A stretch of DNA of 64,000 nucleotides from Octopus vulgaris. Lineage: Eukaryota. The position numbers and the translations under genes were made by a program. Numbering within the stretch: the stretch's first letter is position 1; each line of letters begins with the position of its first letter. The notes under the pieces are model-generated. The model had not been told where the DNA came from. It saw only the letters and a program-made list of their open reading frames with translations, and did no database searches. Positions 55,500 through 64,000 of the stretch are shown piece after piece. The DNA is taken from the NCBI GenBank assembly GCA_951406725.2, contig OX597818.1, forward strand, positions 84,816,001 through 84,880,000, read 5' to 3'.

Positions 55500-56150
55500 A
55501 ACAACAACCACAAAAATGAAGAAGTACAAAAGGGGCACGAGGAAGAATTACGCAAGAAGGGACTACACAATCAGTTCCCTATAACCACAGAAGTTGCTGG
55601 AAAAAATAGGTGGGATTGACTGATGAGAGGAACACTAAAAAAAGAGACAGAAAGCATCATAGTGGAAGCGCAACGAACTGCAGGGTCAACCTTGGGAATG
55701 AGCAAGAGTATCCGTTATGCCACATCTGCAATAGAGAAGATGAAACCATTGCCCATATCACAAATGAATGTGCTGGACTTGTCCCAAACCACTACAAGTT
55801 GTGACGACACGATTAAGTAGCAAAAGTGCTGCAGTGGAAACTGCAAAAAGTGAGGGCTAGAGAGAAGCAAGATGTGGTATGAGCGCAAACCATTGAGAGT
55901 GGCGGAGACTAGCAAAATCCTCTGGGATTTCCCAATCCAAACAGATCAGGTGCCCCTTTGACCCACGAATAGTTAAGAAGGAAGGCGAAAAGATAGATTC
56001 ATACAACACTCTTAAGTACGAAATAGCCCGGCTATGGAAAATGAAGATGGTGAAAATAGTGCCAATTATTGTTGAATCCTTGGGAAGAATATCAGAAGGC
56101 ATGAAAGGGAATATAAAGGAAATTGGAAAAGAATAGAATACCCAGTAGAA
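55500..56150 (+). pseudogene. Second, more decayed R4/Dong-type 3' fragment
   Basis: LKKETESII, CHICNREDETIAHITNECAGL, ILWDFPIQTD, LKYEIARLWKMK..IVPIIV. Confidence 0.75.
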
Positions 56151-57220
56151 CTTATCAACGAGTGAGTGTTCTAGCTGTCTGATCAGTAGAACTTTGTACT
56201 TATTGAGCTCCGACTCTAAATTCTCTCATCGGATGAAAGCATAGCGTTACTTCGTTCTAACTTTTCCTCGTAGTGTTTTCTTGCCAGAAATATTGGGTGG
56301 TCTGTCATTGCTTTCTCTAACTGGATAGCTGTTGGCCCTTAAGGTGCACATCCGTCTTTTGACAGATCTTGTTTTTAGTCTTGCTGGGTATCCAGAAACC
56401 CTCCTCACAAGAGTAGCAAGCTACTGAATGGAGGACCCAGTTTCATCGACGACCGTTCGACTATAGAACATGTAGTACTGGTTTACATGATACCCGTACC
56501 AGGTCATTTCAGCCTGTGATGAGATCCCAGACCAGGCCAAAATGCCTGACATAGTTGCTGGTATTCCGATGATATTCTGAGTCACAGAACTGTTCCTATT
56601 GGAGATATCGTCAAATACATGACATAAACGACGAAGTCAGGCATGTGCGACATTTTTTGAGAAGCGGGCCGCATGAGACACCATCAAGCAAGCCGCACTG
56701 CTAAAAATATTCAAGGTAAGTTTTCGTTTAGGCGTGCATTTCAGAAAATTCCGCGGGCCCCATTTTTCCTATGACTGATCCAAGGGAACTCTGCTAAAGG
56801 CATCCAAAATGGAGGCGGTACTGTTAAACCAAACAGTGTGTTAAGCCTGCTATCCAAAATATCTTCCACCGAATGAGCTATTATAATGATTCCTATACTT
56901 AAATATTACTTATTTTATCTAAGAAAATGAAAGGTTCTTATCCTTCGGCTTCTGTTGTTTATAAATCTCAGAATAGAAAGGATCGTGCAAAGAATTATTT
57001 TGCTCTTTTCCAATTCAAACAATCCAGAACCTTTACTATTATAAAATAATAGAAATATTCTTTAATATATACATGCTAAGGCGGCGAGCTGACTGAATCG
57101 TTTGCACGCAGGGTGAAATGCTTAGCGGTGTTTCGTCCCCTCTCCGTGTTCTGAGTTCAAATTGCGCCGTACCAATTGAACACTGCAATCAACTTACCAC
57201 GCCTTGTGAAAAAATTTGAA

Positions 57221-57286
<66 letters not shown>

Positions 57287-57288
<2 letters not shown>

Positions 57289-58030
57289 AGGCAGGCTCAT
57301 CAGGTATGGAAGTGCCAACTGCCGAACCTGCCCAAGATGCATGCAGGGGACAAAATCATCTTGTATACATTCGTTTAGTGTCCATACATTAGAGACCTCT
57401 GTTCCTGTGTTGAGCAGCTGCTGTCTCGTGTAAGACGAATCCAGCTTCCGCAGAGTGTAGAGCGAAGATTGACGCACCGCCTTCCTTTAGCAGAGAAAGG
57501 TGGCAGATCTTCAACTCAGAGGCTGTGACAAAAGAGGCTGCGTTGGACTCATCTGAAAGTTTGAAGACAGGCACTTCCTTATTTTGCGAAGCTCTCATCA
57601 ATTTCTTCAAATATCATTCGCAGAAAAAGGTGAGGTTAGAGATAGAAGTGCTGCCTTTTCTTGCACTTATCAAAAGGTGGATGGGAGTGGCAATACTGGT
57701 GAGAATGAATGCGTCTACTCTGAGTATACTTTTCTAAGTAAGAGGAAAGAAACTGGAAGATGGTATTTCTCATGCCTTGAAAATGACAGACTATTCCGTG
57801 ATTTCTATGGGGCTTTACCTCAAATTACCCTATCTAATTACCCTAATTACCCAGCTATGGGCATTGTATTTATTTATTATTTATTATTCTAATTTCAATT
57901 TATAAACCCTTCTGTTATATCCTTTAACGTTGTAGCGTTTCCCCCTTGATCGATATTAACCCCATCTATTTTGTGTGTTATATTGATACTGTCCTCCCTG
58001 TTTTGAACCCTTGTGGCCAATAAAAGAAGT
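57287..58030 (+). pseudogene. Older Tx1-clade 3' fragment related to 36671-38366
   Basis: RYGSANCRTCPRC, LINFFKYH.QKKVRLE..KRW; tail cccttgtggccaataaaagaa; flanked by (TTA)n. Confidence 0.8.
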
Positions 58031-58056
58031 TATCATTATCATCATCGTCATTATTA

Positions 58057-58116
<60 letters not shown>

Positions 58117-58289
58117 TTTAATTTCATACTCTATTGATATATGTTTTGTTTTACATTTTTAAAAATCAATTTCTCGTTCTTTGTTCAACGCTAATCTCCT
58201 TAAGCCCTTTCATATCTTCCTTCCTTCCGGATTAAATAGATTAGTATTAAGTATGAATTGAGCGAAGATTAGCTTAAGTGGTATTATTG

Positions 58290-59230
58290 CTTTAGTTGTT
58301 ATTAGATGTGGACGTTGTTGAAGCAGTAGTTTTTGTTGTGCTGGTGTTTGGGGGGGGGGAGCGCAGCAGTTGTGGTGTGGCGTTAGCAGTGTGGTGTTTG
58401 TGATAGTACTGCTCTTAGATCTTATGTGGGTGGCAGAAATTATGATAGTAGTAGCGATGAAGGAAGTAGTGTTTGTTGTTGTTGTTGTTGTTGTAGCGGT
58501 GGCGGTGGTGATGGTGGTGGTGGTCGATATCGTCGTTGTCATCGTCGTCGTCGTCGTCGGGGTCTTACAAGCTGCAGTTGTACGAGTTGGCAATAAAAAC
58601 GAAAATGCTGGTGGTGCAGAGTTGAAGGTTTTATTGCAGTCTTGGAAGCGACAGTTGTGGTATCAGTAATGGTAGAAGCTTGGTGGCGGCGGCGGCGGTG
58701 GTGGTGGAGACGGTATGGTGGTGGTTATGATAGTGGTGTTGGTTGTAGTATTTTTCTTAGATGTTGTGCAAACAGCTGTGTAGCTAGTGGTAGTTGTGGT
58801 GGTGGTTTTGATGTTGGCAGCGGTTTTCGTATCAGTAATATTAGCGGTGTTGATGGTAGTGGGGTCTGTAGTGATGACAGATGCAGTTTTAGTAATTGTA
58901 GAGGTGACAGTGGTGGAATTGGTGGTAGTTATGCTGCTGTTCTTAGAAATTGTGTATGTAGCTGTCGTAGTGGTGGTGGTGGCGGTGGTGGTGGTGGTTA
59001 TGCTGCTGTTCTTAGAAATTGTGTATGTAGCTGTCGTAGTGATGGTAGTGGTGGTGGTGGTGGTTGTTAATAGCGATGTTGGTGCCTGCGGTGGTAGTTG
59101 TTAATGGTGCTGTTGGTGTCTGTGGTTGTGGTGTGTGCGGTGACAGCAGTTGTGCAGTTAGTGGTGACAGTGATAATGGTGGTTCTATTATTAGGAGTTG
59201 TTAGCTAGAAGTAGTGGTAATCGTATTGTC
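58290..59230. repeat. Degenerate GTG/GTT/GTA low-complexity tract with a 69-bp duplication
   Basis: gttatgctgctgttcttagaaattgtgtatgtagctgtcgtagt at ~58928 and ~58997. Confidence 0.7.
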
Positions 59231-59257
59231 AGTTGCTTTAGAAATTTTGTTAGCAAT

Positions 59258-59470
59258 GGGTTTCCAGTTGCTAGAACCTCTGTATACAGTCCAGATCTCG
59301 CCTGCTCCGACTATTACCTCTTTGGACCGCTGAAACGTTTTTACAAGATCAACAATTTGCTACAAACGAAGAAGCGCAGGAAGCGGTGCATAAATGTCTG
59401 CGCGACCAGACGAAAACCTTCGGACCGCTTGAAGAATTGCATTGAAAACTAAGGAGAAACGCTGTAATTG
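59258..59470 (+). pseudogene. mariner transposase C-terminal remnant (a second remnant at ~59733-59890)
   Basis: VYSPDLACSDYYLFGPLK; the second piece reads GLEKLEDRCNNSVNLIGENVE*. Confidence 0.7.
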
Positions 59471-59683
59471 ATCACCCTCTGCTTTTGTGTTAATAAATTA
59501 CAGGAACAAGAGTGCGTACCATTTATGTATGTATGTATTACGTATGTATGTATGTATGTATGTATGTATGTATGTATGTATGTATGTATGTATGTATGTA
59601 TGTATGTATGTATGTATGTATGTATGTATGTATGCGTGTATGCATGCAAAGGAAAATTAGAATTAGATAAAACCAAGAGAATG

Positions 59684-59734
<51 letters not shown>

Positions 59735-60122
59735 CGGGGAGTAGCTGGAAAAGTACCTGGCTTTAAGGTATCGCGAAAGCCCTGGTAAGAGGCCCAACCT
59801 TCCGAGTTCTTTTATAGGCTTAGAAAAACTGGAGGACCGCTGCAATAACTCTGTGAATCTGATTGGGGAAAATGTTGAATAAAATGATAATTAACTGATC
59901 CTTCTGCATTTTGGAAGAGCAACCAGCTGTAAAAATCTTTCCAAAACTAACCTCGCCTATGTTAATGCCACTCTGCTGAGTGGTTGGAGTTAGGAAGTGC
60001 ATCCAGCCGTAAAAACCCTACCAAAACAAATACAGTAGCCTAGGGTAGTTTTCTACCTGGCTGGCTCCTGTCAATCGTCCTACGTATGAATGCATGGAAG
60101 ACGGACGTTAAACGATGATGAT

Positions 60123-60176
<54 letters not shown>

Positions 60177-61618
60177 CATATATAGCCTGGCAATTTAAAC
60201 ATTAGAGTAGTAACGATAAAGGTAGAGTGTCATTAAGCAAATCTTTGTAATTTGTTAGGGAATCATGTTCTGAATAACACTCGAGTCGAATAGTATTTCT
60301 TCGTTTGCAGCCTGCAATGTTCTCTTCAGAGCAACTGCCCCAAGTGCATTAAAACTCTTCAACTGTGGGTTGTACTTAGATGTTGAAGTGATCAGTAACT
60401 TTTGAATGCTGAATTGCAATTTAGCGTAGCGAGGAAATCTAGAGATTTTGCTGTTTTGACAGCAGAGTGAAGTTTGAAAATGGCTTCAAATTTTGGCAGA
60501 AGGCCTGCATTTCGGGATGGGAGTAAGTTGATTACATCGACCCCAGTGTTTTACTGGTACTTATTCTATCCACCCCGGAAGGATGAAAGGCCAAGTGGAC
60601 CTCTACGGAATTTGAACTCAGAATTTAAAGACGAACAAAATGCTCCTGAGCATTTTTCCCAGCTTGCTAACGATTCTGCCAGCTTGCCGCCTTAGGTGAA
60701 GTTTAATATTGATTTCTTATACAGGGAAAAGAACCCAGTTTTAGAGTAAGGGGTCAGTCAAATATATACAGTCCAGTTCTTCCCAGCTACCTTATGTTAT
60801 CGATTTCGAACGGAGAAAATGCAAAGTTCAGTCCAGAATATAAAAACCTAGGAAAATTATTGCAAGCCAGTTTATCCACAGGGTGAGGTACAATATTTTT
60901 CTGACAAAGGTTCAATACTCTAAATGTCGAGGAAGAGTACAGTGGATTATATAGATCTTGGTTCTTGGAAAGTATATTTTGTTAATAATCCCCGGAAGCA
61001 TAAAAAGCAAAGTTGATCCCGATGGGATTTGAACTCAGAATGTAAAAAGCTAGAATAACACATTTTTATCTGACGCTCCTAACGAATCCACAAATACACC
61101 AACCAAAATATTGAATATATACTTAGTCTGGCGCCTTACTTTTTCCATCAATATAATGACGTGCATGCGTACATACACACAATAGACGCATAAGCAGATT
61201 TATTCCAAGAAATAAATCATCCAACGCCTTAGACATTGTGAAACCGTGTACTGACTGCATTTAAACTTTATAATCCCCAAGTTATTTCAGAGCAAGACTA
61301 AATATATACTCTTATAAAGAATTAATCCAACGCTCAAAGTCCTTTCCTCTTCAAGCTTAGAAGGTGAAATTGCTACTTTGCTATTTAACCGTTGGTCAGC
61401 TTCATCGAGCGGACATATGATGAAAAGCATTCCAAATGTGGCCATCCTGTCCGTATATTTTTCTTCTTTAAGTCAGTAGGATGTGATTTCATATAATTTA
61501 ATTAGGATGGAGAAATATTATCTCAAACGACCTCGTTGCTCCTTCGTTGGCCCATTTTATAAGCGGTGAGTCCTTTCAGTGCTTAACCAGAGCGGCAGAC
61601 CTAAAGGGGAGAGAGAGA

Positions 61619-61663
<45 letters not shown>

Positions 61664-62384
61664 CATGTCATTGAAGAGGTAGTCACGAATGGCAATGAAA
61701 GGACTTTAACAAACAACTGATTGAATGATTAACCGACCAATTAAGCAAGCAATCGATTTGTTGGTTTGTTAAAAACTAACCGACTGATTAATAACAAAGA
61801 AGTGAGATTGAACCAGAGCATGTGTATTGGTGTAACGACGTTCCCAAAACACAACGAATTTATTTCAACATACATATTTATACTAAGAATCATGGAAAGC
61901 GAATACAGAAACTCCTTATAGTTTTAAACAAATAGTGTGGTAGTGTGGGGAGGGGGGCAATATTCTTTCGATATTTAAATCAACCTGGTGATGGGAAGCA
62001 AAGTTGCATGCACCTACAAAAGTAAGTTACATGAGACACTGTGGTTAGAATTGTGAGTGATGTGATGTGATGCGAACTCACCACTCATAACCTGTTTTCT
62101 GCTAAGTCAAATTGACTGGCGAAAATTCTGCGCTTGTAAGATAGCTGATTGTAAGGTGGCGAGCTGGCAGAATCGTGAACACGCCGGTCAAAATGCTTCG
62201 TGGTTCTTCGTCCGTTTTTACGTTCTGAGTTCAAGATTCCGCCGAGGTCGACTTTGCCTTTCATACCTTCGGTATCGACAAAATAAGTACCAGTTGAATC
62301 CAGAGGTCGATGTAATCGACTAGTCTCCCTCCACCCAAATTTCAGCCCTTGTGCCTATGGTAGCAAGGATTATTATTATTATTA

Positions 62385-62886
62385 TTCTATGTTTGACTTT
62401 TGCTTTATGTCTGTACAAGTTGGCTCCAAGTCTCATCCAGAGACCTCGAGAGACAACAGGTTGGAAGTTCACGTTGTTGTTATGCCTAGTGTGCCATATA
62501 TTTGGTTGTTCTTTTTTTGGGTGTTGTACTAGTGGATGTCTAAAAAAAAAAATATGTTTGTTTTAAACCTTGAGATTACATAGAAAGTATTTTGCGTAGG
62601 ATATGAGCAGTTCCCATGAGCACTATATTTTGAATTTTTGGGTTTCCTGGTATCTGAGTTAGGTAGCAATCAGCCCCTTTTGCTATTATTCCCAGGGCAC
62701 CTATGACAACAGGTATTGTTTTAGTCTTCAGGTTCCACATTTTGCTGAATTCTATTTCAAGATCTTTATATTTGCTCAGTTTTTGGTTGGTCTTGACAGA
62801 TACGTTTATATCGATTGGGACAGTCATATCAATGAGGAGGCATGTTCTTTGTCTGAAGTCTTTCAATATGATGTCTGGCCTATTTG

Positions 62887-62888
<2 letters not shown>
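62385..62888 (-). pseudogene. R4/Dong-type 3' fragment in (TAA)n
   Basis: ANRPDIILKD..CLLIDMTVP..KLSKYKDLEIE..PVVIGALG..GTAHILRKIL. Confidence 0.9.
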
Positions 62889-62933
<45 letters not shown>

Positions 62934-62944
62934 TCTCTTTTCTC

Positions 62945-63350
62945 TTTCTCTTTTTCTCTTTTACTTGTTTCAGTCATTTGACTGCGGCCATGGTGGAGCA
63001 CCGCCTTTAATCGAGCAACTCGACCCCGGAACTTATTCTTTGTAAGCCCAGTACTTATTCTATCGGTCTCTTTTTTGCCGAACCGCTAAGTGACGGGGAC
63101 GTAAACACACCAGCATCGGTTGTCAAGCGACGCTAGGGGGACAAACACAGACACACAAACACACACACATATATATATACATATATACGACAGGCTTCTT
63201 TCAGTTTCCGTCTACCAAATCCACTCACAAGGCATTGGTCGGCCCGGGGCTATAGCAGAAGACACTTGCCCAAGATGCCACGCAGTGGGACTGAACCCGG
63301 AACCATGTGGTTGGTTAGCAAGCTACTTACCACACAGCCACTCCTGCGCC
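62945..63350 (-). mobile_element. Complete SINE family B copy
   Basis: Minus strand: ggcgcaggagtggctgtgtggtaag..ggttcagtccc (A/B boxes) through ..gactgaaacaagtaaaaga. Confidence 0.88.
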
Positions 63351-63382
63351 TATTATTATTATTATTATTATTATTATAATTA

Positions 63383-63450
<68 letters not shown>

Positions 63451-63461
63451 CATCATCATCA

Positions 63462-64000
<539 letters not shown>

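Noticed and set aside
56638-56777. Small hAT-like MITE with gcgggcc motifs
   Set aside because: The TIR match is poor and no 8-bp TSD is evident.
58210-59104. Gly/Cys- or Val/Thr-rich ORFs resembling structural proteins
   Set aside because: Products of a degenerate GTN trinucleotide tract that is open in several frames.
62153-62370. tRNA genes at SINE heads
   Set aside because: A/B boxes are present but there is no complete cloverleaf, and they continue into SINE bodies.

Overview
This is AT-rich, microsatellite-saturated eukaryotic DNA with no supportable host protein-coding gene. The SINE families look like those of Octopus (recognised from memory, not searched). Almost all listed ORFs are microsatellite artefacts. 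Real coding remnants are all transposon-derived: a young, nearly intact two-ORF Penelope-like element (PLE, Neptune-type RT + GIY-YIG, 2335-7318), a decayed Naiad-type PLE, RTE, CR1/L2, Tx1 and R4/Dong LINE pieces, a full-length dead mariner, and two Helitrons of one family. Three signals stand out. (1) About a dozen type I hammerhead-ribozyme motifs, intact to decayed, lie in several unrelated non-coding elements inserted in (TA)n, arranged as tail-out fold-backs or ~540-580 nt partial tandems (retrozyme-like). Four of these families share a motif 70-100 nt downstream of the ribozyme. (2) A U_UUU_UUA slippery site would fuse the PLE coiled-coil ORF1 to RT by -1 frameshifting. (3) A tRNA-SINE variant carrying a Tx1-LINE 3' tail repeatedly inserts at one fixed site inside its own parent SINE, building nested arrays. 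All structures were read by eye, and coordinates may be off by a few bases.
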